Assembly: GCA_943359335.1 (NCBI GenBank)
Contig: CALRHC010000002.1
Location: forward strand, 1,290 to 65,289
DNA: 64,000 nt
Source: Candidatus Yanofskybacteria bacterium
GTDB taxonomy: Bacteria > Patescibacteriota > Minisyncoccia > JACQLN01
Reading direction: 5' to 3'
Shown: piece by piece, positions 34,902-43,572 of the stretch
How the letters are laid out: every line of letters starts with the position of its first letter
Position numbering within the stretch: the first letter of the stretch is position 1
Made by a program: the position numbers and the translations under genes
Notes under the pieces: model-generated
What the model was told of the DNA's origin: nothing
The model's database searches: none
Seen by the model: only the letters and a program-made list of their open reading frames with translations

Positions 34902-36209
34902 TTAAGGCAATAACGAAGACGTAGAAACTTCTACTTTGGCTTTCGGTAATACTATAATTCCAAATCCTGTAGCATTGTCATCGCCTACTAAACCAACATC
35001 CTGGCTTAATTTTTCTAAATTAACCAATGTGCTTGTAGCCGAACCATTCCAGGTTTTAGCAGCAACACCAGAAACAAAAGCTGCAGACATAGAAGTTCCG
35101 GAAAGGAACCTATAACCACCATCAGCCCAAGTTGATTCTACGTTTACACCTGGAGCAATAAAAATAATTTCTCTTTCTTCTTTAATAAAGTCGCCATCAT
35201 TTACCCCTCTACTAGACCACGTAGCTACGGTTTTATCTTCGGCTAGTGCTCCCACAGAAACAGTATTTTTATATGCAGATGGCCAATCTATAGAAGCCTT
35301 ATCCGGGCCATCATTGCCAGCGCCAGTAATAATTAAAACATTTTTAGCAAAAGCAGAATCAATCGAATTTTTTAAAATAGAAGCTTCGTTATTTCCTCCT
35401 AAACCAATAAAGGCTATATCGGCTTTGCCTGCACCAGCGGCATAATCTAAAGCAGTGGCCACATCGTCAGCCCAACATGTTCCATCATTCCTACAAACTT
35501 TGTAAACCAATAAGTTAGCTTCACTGGCCACACCCCAAATACCCTTCGCATCAAAACCTCCGTTACCTGAAATTATTCCGGCAACATGAGTGCCGTGACC
35601 ATTTTTATCTTCACAAGTAGAGCGGGCTATAGGACCACGTGTAAAATCTTTACAGTCTTTTATATTATCTACTAAATCTGAATGAGCAGCATTAACACCA
35701 GTGTCTAAAACAGCCACGTTAACATTCTTACCTCCAGATGTAGAGATTATAGAATCATCGCCATATACAGAAACAACCCCCCAAGAAATTGGGTTTGCAG
35801 GTAAAATATTTCTATCTTTTATCTTTTGAGTATCTTTTTGCAAAGAAGCAACTGTTTCAGAAACAACTCCAACAACATTAGCCGAAACAGTTTCAACAAC
35901 ACCTACTCCATTAATCTTATACAAAGGCACAGGAGAAACATTAACTTTAAATATTTTCTCTAGTGTCCAAACCTCACCAGTAGTTAAATCGGCGGTAAAG
36001 CCATAATCAAATTCATGCTGAACACCAAATAGAGACTTTATAAAGTAACTTTTGGTTGAAATTAAATATCGGCCACTCTCTAAATTAGCATTTTTAGAAG
36101 CAGCCAAGACCATATTCGAGGAAACCAGAAAAACAGCTAGAAAAGCTGTTAAAACAAGAAAAAACCTAAGTTGTGGTTTTTTATACATTAAAAGCAGATT
36201 GTTCGTCAA
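34902..36209 (-). CDS. secreted subtilisin-like serine peptidase (S8 family)
   Basis: signal peptide; VLDTGV (Asp), HGTHVAGII (His), GTSMSAAFVSG (Ser). Confidence 0.9.
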   Translation of the reverse strand: MTNNLLLMYKKPQLRFFLVLTAFLAVFLVSSNMVLAASKNANLESGRYLISTKSYFIKSLFGVQHEFDYGFTADLTTGEVWTLEKIFKVNVSPVPLYKINGVGVVETVSANVVGVVSETVASLQKDTQKIKDRNILPANPISWGVVSVYGDDSIISTSGGKNVNVAVLDTGVNAAHSDLVDNIKDCKDFTRGPIARSTCEDKNGHGTHVAGIISGNGGFDAKGIWGVASEANLLVYKVCRNDGTCWADDVATALDYAAGAGKADIAFIGLGGNNEASILKNSIDSAFAKNVLIITGAGNDGPDKASIDWPSAYKNTVSVGALAEDKTVATWSSRGVNDGDFIKEEREIIFIAPGVNVESTWADGGYRFLSGTSMSAAFVSGVAAKTWNGSATSTLVNLEKLSQDVGLVGDDNATGFGIIVLPKAKVEVSTSSLLP

Positions 36210-36320
36210 TTATACGCTTTTTGGGTTCGTAAAGTCAAGCTTGAAACCAACCCCAGAAATAGGCTTAAAAGGGGGTATATTTTGATACAAAAACACTATT
36301 TTTCCACAGACCTTTTTAAA

Positions 36321-36878
36321 TTAGCTTTCGCACTTCTTAAGGGCTCTTGGTATCTTCTTAAAAGCTACCTTTAACGCCTCCATATTCCTAGTCGATCTTA
36401 AGGCTGCCGCAGGGTGAAAAACAGGAACAATGAACCTATTACCAAACTTAGAAGTCTTGCCTTGGTCTCGACTAATTTTAGCTGTGGGTAAAAAATAATT
36501 CATAGAAAACCTACCCAATGTAACTATAAGTACGGGGTTAATTATTTCTATTTGTTTAGCTAAATATGGTCGGTACGAATCTATTTCATTAGGCAATGGA
36601 TCGCGGTTTTCTGGTGGGCGCCTTTTAACAATATTTGTTATATAAACATCTTCCCTCTTCCAGCCAATACCGTTTATTAAATTATTTAAAAGTTCACCCG
36701 ATCTACCTACAAAAGGTCGCTTGAGTTCGTCTTCTTTAGCGCCCGGCGCTTCACCAATAAACATGACTTTGCAATTTATATCACCTTCACCAAAAACCAA
36801 GTTTGATTTACGCAAAGGTAAGGCTTTGTTATTTTCTAGTTCTTTTTTAAGCTCTTCTAATTTGGCCAGTTTCGACAT
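36321..36878 (-). CDS. uracil-DNA glycosylase family 4
   Basis: GEAPGAKEDELKRPFVGRSG motif; start MSKLAKLE. Confidence 0.85.
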   Translation of the reverse strand: MSKLAKLEELKKELENNKALPLRKSNLVFGEGDINCKVMFIGEAPGAKEDELKRPFVGRSGELLNNLINGIGWKREDVYITNIVKRRPPENRDPLPNEIDSYRPYLAKQIEIINPVLIVTLGRFSMNYFLPTAKISRDQGKTSKFGNRFIVPVFHPAAALRSTRNMEALKVAFKKIPRALKKCES

Positions 36879-36879
36879 C

Positions 36880-38025
36880 TTAAATAGTATAAATAACTTC
36901 GTATACAATTCCCAGTAAAAACATTATCGCCAAAAGAAAAACTAAGCCTGTTTTTAAAGATAAAGAATATTCTGGAATTTGCGTGCCTTTTTTTCTGGCC
37001 TTTAGCCAAAGAAAAATAATAAGTAACGCCTCTAACCCACCCATAACACCGCCTGCCAAAGAGATCAGCTTAATAAAATCGGAAAAACCAGAGAAAAATA
37101 AATACATAGGAACACCCACCGTTAAAACAAAGCTCACTAAAACAGAAAGTTTAAAATCTAATTGAAATGAATTTTTTAAATTTAAACCTATAATAAAAAA
37201 AGAAGTTATTACGGCCAGAAAACCAACAACGGCTCCGTATTTTATAAAACCACTACCCAAAAAATCACTCAATCCAGCTATTGCCTCTCTTGAGGTAGAA
37301 ACACCACTAATACTCACAACGGCCAAAGTAAAAACAATATAAACAAAAACTGGAATAATTGTTCCCAAAATTATGGCTTTGTAATAATTTTTTGTACTTG
37401 TTTTAAAAAAAGAACGTATTTCTGGTATGGCCGACCCACCGGCTAAAGCAAAAAGGATTATGCCGTATGGAAAAAAGATTGAATCCACCGAAGAAAATTT
37501 AATTAAATTATCTGTATCGGCTAAATCAAAAGCATAAAAAACAAAGCTAAAAATTAATAACACTATGGCTGCCACCATAAAAAAATCGACCCAGCCGGCT
37601 AATTTTATACCTTTAAAAACAACTGAAAAACCAATAATAGCTAAAATAATAGAACCCACTTGCGAAGAAAAATTTAAAAAACCAGAAAAAATAATTCTTA
37701 AAAATTCACCGCCAACAACAAGGTAAACCAAAAGAGCTAAGTATAAATTTACAAAGAAAATAAAACTGCCAATTATTTTACCCCATGATCCAAAATAAAC
37801 TTCGGCATAGCCCGCCAATCTGTGCTTAGTAGAAGTTCTAAGCACAATTTCCCCATACATTAAATGGAGTAATGTTACTAAAATACCTAAAACAACCAAA
37901 TAAAAAATAACTGGAATAATTCCAGAAATTGCAGCGGCGTAAGGCAAACTAAACATTCCCACTCCTATTATTGTCCCAACAAGAGTAGAAACAGCTAGGG
38001 TAAAATTACTTAAACTTTTTAGCAC
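36880..38025 (-). CDS. amino acid permease, HAAAP/aromatic amino acid transporter-like
   Basis: 11 TM, N-terminal LVGTIIGVGMFSLPYAAAISG. Confidence 0.6.
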   Translation of the reverse strand: MLKSLSNFTLAVSTLVGTIIGVGMFSLPYAAAISGIIPVIFYLVVLGILVTLLHLMYGEIVLRTSTKHRLAGYAEVYFGSWGKIIGSFIFFVNLYLALLVYLVVGGEFLRIIFSGFLNFSSQVGSIILAIIGFSVVFKGIKLAGWVDFFMVAAIVLLIFSFVFYAFDLADTDNLIKFSSVDSIFFPYGIILFALAGGSAIPEIRSFFKTSTKNYYKAIILGTIIPVFVYIVFTLAVVSISGVSTSREAIAGLSDFLGSGFIKYGAVVGFLAVITSFFIIGLNLKNSFQLDFKLSVLVSFVLTVGVPMYLFFSGFSDFIKLISLAGGVMGGLEALLIIFLWLKARKKGTQIPEYSLSLKTGLVFLLAIMFLLGIVYEVIYTI

Positions 38026-38031
38026 AGTATT

Positions 38032-38241
38032 TTATATAACGCTTACTGGCAAATATTTAGTAGACAACCAAAAAGCCAACGCACCCCAAACAACAGCTAT
38101 TGGTAAAATAATACGTCCGTACTTCTTTAAACCCGGTTCGGTTAAATACATTGCACCCAAAATTAAACCCGAAAAAATTGGGTTAAGAATTGCAATAATC
38201 AAACCAGTATAAAACCATTTTTTTGAAAATATTTGTTCCAT
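38032..38241 (-). CDS. small 2-TM membrane protein
   Basis: 69 aa. Confidence 0.35.
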   Translation of the reverse strand: MEQIFSKKWFYTGLIIAILNPIFSGLILGAMYLTEPGLKKYGRIILPIAVVWGALAFWLSTKYLPVSVI

Positions 38242-38268
38242 ATATTTAATTTACATAATTTAGAGTTT

Positions 38269-39627
38269 TTATAATTCAACTATTTGATCTGCCTGCGGGA
38301 CCACCGCTTCTATACCTAGATCATTTTTAATTTTACCTGCTAGTGTCGTCGCTGGCCCTACTTCGCCTTGAACCACAAAAACTTTTTTAGCACCTTTAAT
38401 TTGCCCTACCCATTTTAAAAGGCCGGTTTGATCGGCGTGAGCCGAATAACCACCAATAGCTTTAACCTCGGCTCGAACCGGAACAACCTCGCCAAACATT
38501 TTTATTTCTTGCGCACCATCCAAAAGCCTGCGTCCTAATGTACCCGCAGTTTGGTAACCGATCATTAAAAGAATAGATTTTGGATCAGATAAATAACGGC
38601 GCTCATGATGAAGTATTCGCCCGCCTTCCGACATGCCCGAACCCGCAATTATAATTTTAGGCGGCAGAACTTCGTTTATGGCCTTAGAAGATTCGGTGGT
38701 TAAAGAAAATTGTAAGCCTGGAAAATTAAAAAGATCATCTCCAGATTTTATTAAAAAATTTGCATCCTTATTAAAGTAATCCAAATATTTTTGATAAACT
38801 GCTGTGGCTTTTATAGCAAGCGGGCTATCTAGAAAAACCGGAATTCTTTTTAACCTACCAGATTCCACAAGATTATTTAGTTCGAAAAGTAATTCTTGAG
38901 TTCTTTCTAAAGCAAAAGCTGGAATCATTAGAGTTCCACCATTTTTAACAACAGATTCAATGACTAGTTTTAATTTTTCTTTTCTTTGTGAACGATCTTC
39001 GTGAATTCTATCGCCATAAGCCGACTCCACTAAAACATAATCGGCTTCTGTTATAACTTCTGTATTTTTTAAAAGCGGTGTTGGGGAATTTCCTAAATCG
39101 CCCGAGAAAACAATTTTAATTTTTTTATCGCCCTCCGAAAGATAAAATTCTATAATGGATGAACCTAAAATATGCCCGGCGTCTCTAAAAAAAACCCTAA
39201 CATTGTTATTTATCTTAACTTCCTCTCCATATGGTTTGCCGTGCGTTAGCTTCCAGGACTCAATTAAATCATTTTCGTTAAATAAAGGCTCTAAACCAGT
39301 TTCTTCGGCTTCTCTTTCTAGTAAATGTAAAGAATCATCTAAATTAACACGAGCTAAATCCAACGTTGCGTGCGTAGCAAAAATTTTTCCCCTAAAACCC
39401 TCTTTATAAAGTTTAGGAACACGTCCCACATGATCCAAATGTGCGTGCGTTATAAAAACAACATCTATGGTTGAAGGATCATAGGCAAATTTTTCGTAGT
39501 TTTCTTTTTCGGCCATCCGCCCACCCTGTTGCAAACCACAATCAATTAAAATTCTGGTACCATCACATTCTAATAAGTAATTTGCACCAGTAACTACGCC
39601 TGCGCCACCGTAAAAATATAATTTCAT
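38269..39627 (-). CDS. MBL-fold beta-CASP family ribonuclease (RNase J/CPSF-like)
   Basis: HAHLDH motif, beta-CASP motifs incl. GYSAHAD. Confidence 0.85.
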   Translation of the reverse strand: MKLYFYGGAGVVTGANYLLECDGTRILIDCGLQQGGRMAEKENYEKFAYDPSTIDVVFITHAHLDHVGRVPKLYKEGFRGKIFATHATLDLARVNLDDSLHLLEREAEETGLEPLFNENDLIESWKLTHGKPYGEEVKINNNVRVFFRDAGHILGSSIIEFYLSEGDKKIKIVFSGDLGNSPTPLLKNTEVITEADYVLVESAYGDRIHEDRSQRKEKLKLVIESVVKNGGTLMIPAFALERTQELLFELNNLVESGRLKRIPVFLDSPLAIKATAVYQKYLDYFNKDANFLIKSGDDLFNFPGLQFSLTTESSKAINEVLPPKIIIAGSGMSEGGRILHHERRYLSDPKSILLMIGYQTAGTLGRRLLDGAQEIKMFGEVVPVRAEVKAIGGYSAHADQTGLLKWVGQIKGAKKVFVVQGEVGPATTLAGKIKNDLGIEAVVPQADQIVEL

Positions 39628-39628
39628 T

Positions 39629-40249
39629 TTAAATATTATTTAGAGTCTGCCATTTTTTACGAACAATTATAGGCCATTCGCCTTTTTTAGCCTTCCACCA
39701 TTTTAGCCAATTTATTGTTGATTCGTCTGATGGATAACCAGAACCAAAATCTCCGTATGTCTTTTTTAAAATTTTAACATGTTTTTCACGTTCCGACTTA
39801 GCTAAAATAGATGCCGCAGCTACTGCAACGTTATGACTATCCATTTTATTAGCGCCTATAATTTTGTGATCTTTGTTTAAACAAAACGAGCCAATAGAAG
39901 CACAATATTTTTTAATACCACCCCCAGAAACTGGTGCGTCCAAATATGTTCGGTGAGGTAAAAAATGATTAATTAAATTAGCTGAATGTTTAATTTCTAA
40001 ATTGTTTATAGAATATTTATCTATATCGGTTGGGCTAATTTTTATAACTTTATAACCATGCGCTATTTTTTTAATTTCCCCAACAATACTTTCGCGTTTT
40101 TTAGCTACAAGCAGTTTTGAATCTGTAACTCCAAGATCGTTAAGCTTATCTATTAAATAGTCTTCTTCGGAAATTAAAAACCCACCCAAAAATAAAGGGC
40201 CGATTACACAACCTCTACCAGCTTCGTCTATACCCAATATTTTATCCAT
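39629..40249 (-). CDS. rnhB: ribonuclease HII
   Basis: LGIDEAGRGCVIGPL; TATAAT 6 nt upstream of ATG (leaderless-like). Confidence 0.9.
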   Translation of the reverse strand: MDKILGIDEAGRGCVIGPLFLGGFLISEEDYLIDKLNDLGVTDSKLLVAKKRESIVGEIKKIAHGYKVIKISPTDIDKYSINNLEIKHSANLINHFLPHRTYLDAPVSGGGIKKYCASIGSFCLNKDHKIIGANKMDSHNVAVAAASILAKSEREKHVKILKKTYGDFGSGYPSDESTINWLKWWKAKKGEWPIIVRKKWQTLNNI

Positions 40250-40280
40250 TGAGTAATTATAGCTTAAACAACAACAGCTA

Positions 40281-40350
40281 AGCCTCGCTAGTGAATTTCC
40301 GACTTATCTTTTTGATGCTAAAAGCATCTTTCGGAAATTCTACTACGGGG
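40281..40350. repeat. repeat family F4 copy 1: approx 70-nt imperfect long hairpin (GAATTTCCGA...GATGCT-AAA-AGCATC...TCGGAAATTC) upstream of rnhB promoter
   Basis: RC aligns approx 85% with 50447-50518; compensatory change in inner stem. Confidence 0.6.
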
Positions 40351-40359
40351 AATAAAAAA

Positions 40360-40377
40360 CCCTCCGCTTTGGGAGGG
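40360..40377 (-). terminator. hairpin CCCTCC-GCTTT-GGGAGGG after 40390..40656 gene
   Basis: minus-strand T-run TTTTTTATT. Confidence 0.6.
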
Positions 40378-40389
40378 CTAAGAAGAAAA

Positions 40390-40656
40390 TTATTTTTTTA
40401 ATATCAATATTCCAAAAATAGAGACAAGAAAAGGTATTACTGCCATACATATAAGAACATTTCTTTTTAATATCTTGTCTCGGTATAAATTAAATATGTA
40501 ACCTTTGCCAGTATTGAGATCGACGAATCCTCCATATTCTTTTTGTATTCTTTCTTCTAGACTAAGAATACTAAACTGAAAAAAAAGGAATATTAACGAA
40601 TTAGTCGCAGACATAAGAAAACATGAAAGCGACAATGTTTCTATGTAGTAGTTCAT
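40390..40656 (-). CDS. small hypothetical membrane protein
   Basis: 88 aa, 2-3 TM. Confidence 0.4.
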   Translation of the reverse strand: MNYYIETLSLSCFLMSATNSLIFLFFQFSILSLEERIQKEYGGFVDLNTGKGYIFNLYRDKILKRNVLICMAVIPFLVSIFGILILKK

Positions 40657-40737
40657 TTATAACCTCCTTTAAAGAACTTTTTTGCATGTTAGCAACACAC
40701 ACTAAATAAATCAAAGAATCTGGGGAAAATAAAAAGG

Positions 40738-40757
40738 CCGGAGTGTTTCCACTCCGG
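40738..40757 (-). terminator. hairpin CCGGAGTG-TTTC-CACTCCGG at 3' end of GC-rich island
   Basis: minus-strand T-run TTTTTATTTTCCCC. Confidence 0.6.
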
Positions 40758-40781
40758 ACCAAGGTACTGCAGATAGCTGTT

Positions 40782-40985
40782 TCACCGAGCTCTGGGGGAG
40801 AGCATTAAGGACTCTCCCTGAACTAGGGCGAAGGGACTATCGTCCCTTACTTCGGTTGTTCCGAGAATCACCATTGCGGCCTGGATGTCCAACTCGCGAA
40901 AGAAACCAGGTTGGGTCAGATCCACTACTTCCTTTTCCATACAACGACTCCCCGCGTGTATGAGAAAATTAGGAATCCATTCCAT
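40782..40985 (-). CDS. 67-aa ORF in GC-rich, hairpin-dense segment; alternatively a structured ncRNA bounded by two terminators
   Basis: no SD; starts right after a terminator; multiple GC stems (GGGAGAG/CTCTCCC, GGGAC/GTCCC). Confidence 0.3.
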   Translation of the reverse strand: MEWIPNFLIHAGSRCMEKEVVDLTQPGFFRELDIQAAMVILGTTEVRDDSPFALVQGESLMLSPRAR

Positions 40986-40993
40986 AAAATTTA

Positions 40994-41012
40994 TAAGAGC
41001 GTCATGCTCTTA
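40994..41012 (-). terminator. hairpin TAAGAGC-GTCAT-GCTCTTA after 41023..41346 gene
   Basis: minus-strand TAAATTTTATGG tail. Confidence 0.5.
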
Positions 41013-41022
41013 TGATTTTAAT

Positions 41023-41346
41023 CTAGAACAGCTGGTAGTATCCTACTACGAATACCACCACCAACGAGACGATGGACCCGATCCCGATTCCCCTAAAGAT
41101 GGGACCAGGTTTTTCTGGGTACTCGGCACTTCCGCCGTCGTATCCCATAAAAAGGCCCATCTTTGTGAACAGCGGAGACAGATACGGCCGCCCCGACTCT
41201 TCTCGCACATAAAACGCGATAACCAGGATAGAAACCAGCATTATCGTGCCGCCAACTAGAAGCGGCGTAATTAGGGGTATTATGGAACCAGCAGCCGCAG
41301 CTGTTAGCAGTACAATCCAGAACTTCGAGCTTTTTAATGTATCCAT
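41023..41346 (-). CDS. hypothetical membrane protein (GC-rich island)
   Basis: 107 aa, 2 TM at both ends. Confidence 0.5.
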   Translation of the reverse strand: MDTLKSSKFWIVLLTAAAAGSIIPLITPLLVGGTIMLVSILVIAFYVREESGRPYLSPLFTKMGLFMGYDGGSAEYPEKPGPIFRGIGIGSIVSLVVVFVVGYYQLF

Positions 41347-41380
41347 TTTCTCCCTCCCTAAGAGGTTAAGTTGAGATTAG

Positions 41381-41632
41381 TTATCTACCGGTTTCGTAAA
41401 ATGAAACCATCCTCTGAACCGGGTCTATGTGACTCCTATCATCTATCTCTTGCACGATAGACTCCGCAAACTCCTTGGCTTCCTCAAGAGAAATGCCTAT
41501 GTATTCGGCTTCCTTTTCAATCTTACGCTTGAAGCCAGATGCAAGTCGGATTCCCTTTCGGCGTAATTGCTGTTTCAGAAACAAAAATGCGATCTGACCC
41601 TTGCGAACATCGTCCACAATGAACCTCCTCAT
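41381..41632 (-). CDS. hypothetical 83-aa protein (GC-rich island)
   Basis: downstream of consensus promoter. Confidence 0.5.
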   Translation of the reverse strand: MRRFIVDDVRKGQIAFLFLKQQLRRKGIRLASGFKRKIEKEAEYIGISLEEAKEFAESIVQEIDDRSHIDPVQRMVSFYETGR

Positions 41633-41665
41633 AAGTTAAAGATCAAGCATTAACTGTATGCCTTA

Positions 41666-41693
41666 ATTATACACTATTTACAGTTCTTGTCAA
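41666..41693 (-). promoter_or_regulatory. consensus sigma70-like promoter TTGACA-16nt-TATAAT driving 41632 gene
   Basis: exact hexamers on minus strand. Confidence 0.55.
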
Positions 41694-41715
41694 GAGACAA
41701 CCTAGCCAACCAAAA

Positions 41716-41735
41716 AACAGCCTTTTCAGGCTGTT
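41716..41735. terminator. bidirectional hairpin AACAGCC-TTTTCA-GGCTGTT
   Basis: A-run left, T-run right. Confidence 0.6.
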
Positions 41736-41738
41736 TTT

Positions 41739-42089
41739 CTATATTCTTTGACTATTTATAAGTCCCAAAAGCATTTTTGAAACCTCTGTATAATCTTTAT
41801 AAAAACTACTAAAAACTTCCTCATTTATATGACCATCGTCTTTTATTAGTTCAAGAAGTGATACGCATTCATAAACAGAACCACGAGCTATGGTATAAAA
41901 ATTTCTTTTATCTGCTTTAGAAAATTTACCACTACCTTCGGCAATATTTATTACCGAGCTAATTGAAGCCCTTCTTAATTGATCTCTAATATAAGAATCA
42001 ATCAACTTGTTGTTTCTCAATAAGTTAAGGATATTCTTATTCAATAATTTTGACTTGGAGTAAACGGAAAGTTTTTCAAAATCAAACAT
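41739..42089 (-). CDS. four-helix-bundle protein (23S rRNA intervening-sequence protein / Avd-like family)
   Basis: MFDFEKL...QLRRASISSVINIAEGSGKFSKADKRNFYTIARGSVYE matches TIGR02436-type pattern. Confidence 0.8.
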   Translation of the reverse strand: MFDFEKLSVYSKSKLLNKNILNLLRNNKLIDSYIRDQLRRASISSVINIAEGSGKFSKADKRNFYTIARGSVYECVSLLELIKDDGHINEEVFSSFYKDYTEVSKMLLGLINSQRI

Positions 42090-42218
42090 AACAAGAAGTA
42101 ATTAGTGTGAGTATTTAGTATTTAGGTAAATTTTTTCTATTTTTTATTATCTTTTATTGTCCTAATTACTAATTACAAATTACTAACTACTTTAAATTTT
42201 TGAACGAAGCGAAAAAAT

Positions 42219-42713
42219 TTATGTATGCCTATCCGCAACCACAAAAGCCCCGAAAGACATTGGCTTTGTTTTTACTTCGTAGCCATTTCCCCTAACCATA
42301 CCTACTACCTCTTTTATCATTTCGCGTGTAGCACCATTTTCGCCTACATCTACATGGATTTCGAAATTAAAATTATCTAACAAATTTTCTTTCTTTAAAG
42401 ATTCAAAAAGTTCTTTGTAAACAACTTCGGCCACACTTAAAGATTTTAAAGTTTCGGTATAAATTCTTTCTCGTAATGTTTTAAAATTTTTATGTTCTTG
42501 CCGAGCCCAAAAATACCGGCCACCTGCACCCACGCGACGAACAACAATAGCCGTCACAAAATCTGTGCGGTCTATATAAACTTGAGAATCTGTACCCACT
42601 ATAACTTGGTATTTATGCTTAGCGCTTTCGTGCAAATAATCGTAAACATCGCGAATAACATCGGCAACCGGCATAACACCCTTAGATGGGCTATTAAATT
42701 TGCTGTCTATCAT
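42219..42713 (-). CDS. DUF458/YkuK-like protein (predicted RNase H-like fold)
   Basis: 164 aa, VIVGTDSQ...FVTAIVV pattern. Confidence 0.5.
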   Translation of the reverse strand: MIDSKFNSPSKGVMPVADVIRDVYDYLHESAKHKYQVIVGTDSQVYIDRTDFVTAIVVRRVGAGGRYFWARQEHKNFKTLRERIYTETLKSLSVAEVVYKELFESLKKENLLDNFNFEIHVDVGENGATREMIKEVVGMVRGNGYEVKTKPMSFGAFVVADRHT

Positions 42714-42740
42714 ATTTAGGAATATAGCAAAACAAACTAA

Positions 42741-43547
42741 CTAAAACAAACTTGGGATTTTATGTTCTTCATCTATAACTCTAGCATCTAAAATTCTATG
42801 AACCTTAAAATATCTTTTGTCTTTGCGAGTGTGGCAATAAGCTTCTACAGTATCTTTGTTTATAGAATAAATTTCTATGTTTCTTTTCTTGCGAGCTTCT
42901 TCGCCATCTTCCGATTTCATAGAAACATAATCTATTTCTACTAATTTTTTATTCTTATATGCATCGGCCAAAATTGCCTGTATATCTTTTTTTTCTTTAT
43001 CGTTAAACCAACTAGCAACCACTGTTTGCAAACCGCTTACGCGCGATTCAAACAAAACCGAACCATGATTTAAACCATATTCGTAAACTTCTTTGGTTAA
43101 CTTAACATCTTGCAAACAATATTTTTTAATCTGGTCGATCTTGCCTTCCTTATACCATTGCAAAGCTTCTAAGCCATGCCCAGATTTTTGCTCGCCTAGT
43201 GTTGCACTGGCCAAAGCACCAAGCCCTGGCCGGTAACCTAAAACCGCTTCTAACTTCTCCATTAAATCTAGTGTAGGCGCTTCGGCTATAGTAAAGTTTT
43301 TAAAATAAGGTTGTATAACTTGATTATCGAAATGCTTGGTATTAAAACCAATTATCAAACTGGCATCCGCCATTACTTTTTCTAGTTCGGGTAAATCTTT
43401 TTCTTCGTAGGCTTTATAGGTGTTGTCGGCATAAGTGTATACACCAACAACAGAAATACCCAACATATGAACATTTCTAAAACCACCGACTTCGGCGAGT
43501 TCCTTTTGAGTTTCTACATCAAAAACAAGTCTTTTATCTTGTTGCAT
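42741..43547 (-). CDS. DEDD-type 3'-5' exonuclease (DnaQ-like) fused to C-terminal WYL-like domain
   Basis: FDVETQ, GFNTKHFD, YCLQDV exo motifs; C-terminal KRYFKVHRILDARVID. Confidence 0.6.
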   Translation of the reverse strand: MQQDKRLVFDVETQKELAEVGGFRNVHMLGISVVGVYTYADNTYKAYEEKDLPELEKVMADASLIIGFNTKHFDNQVIQPYFKNFTIAEAPTLDLMEKLEAVLGYRPGLGALASATLGEQKSGHGLEALQWYKEGKIDQIKKYCLQDVKLTKEVYEYGLNHGSVLFESRVSGLQTVVASWFNDKEKKDIQAILADAYKNKKLVEIDYVSMKSEDGEEARKKRNIEIYSINKDTVEAYCHTRKDKRYFKVHRILDARVIDEEHKIPSLF

Positions 43548-43572
43548 TAGACGATATTACCATAAAATCAAA

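Noticed and set aside
40760-40990. Considered RNase P RNA, SRP RNA or 6S RNA for the GC-rich hairpin-dense segment
   Set aside because: None of the conserved motifs (RNase P GGAAAGUCCGG/ACAGAA, SRP GGAA-GGAAGCAG) are present and the length is wrong for RNase P. Kept only as an unclassified candidate.
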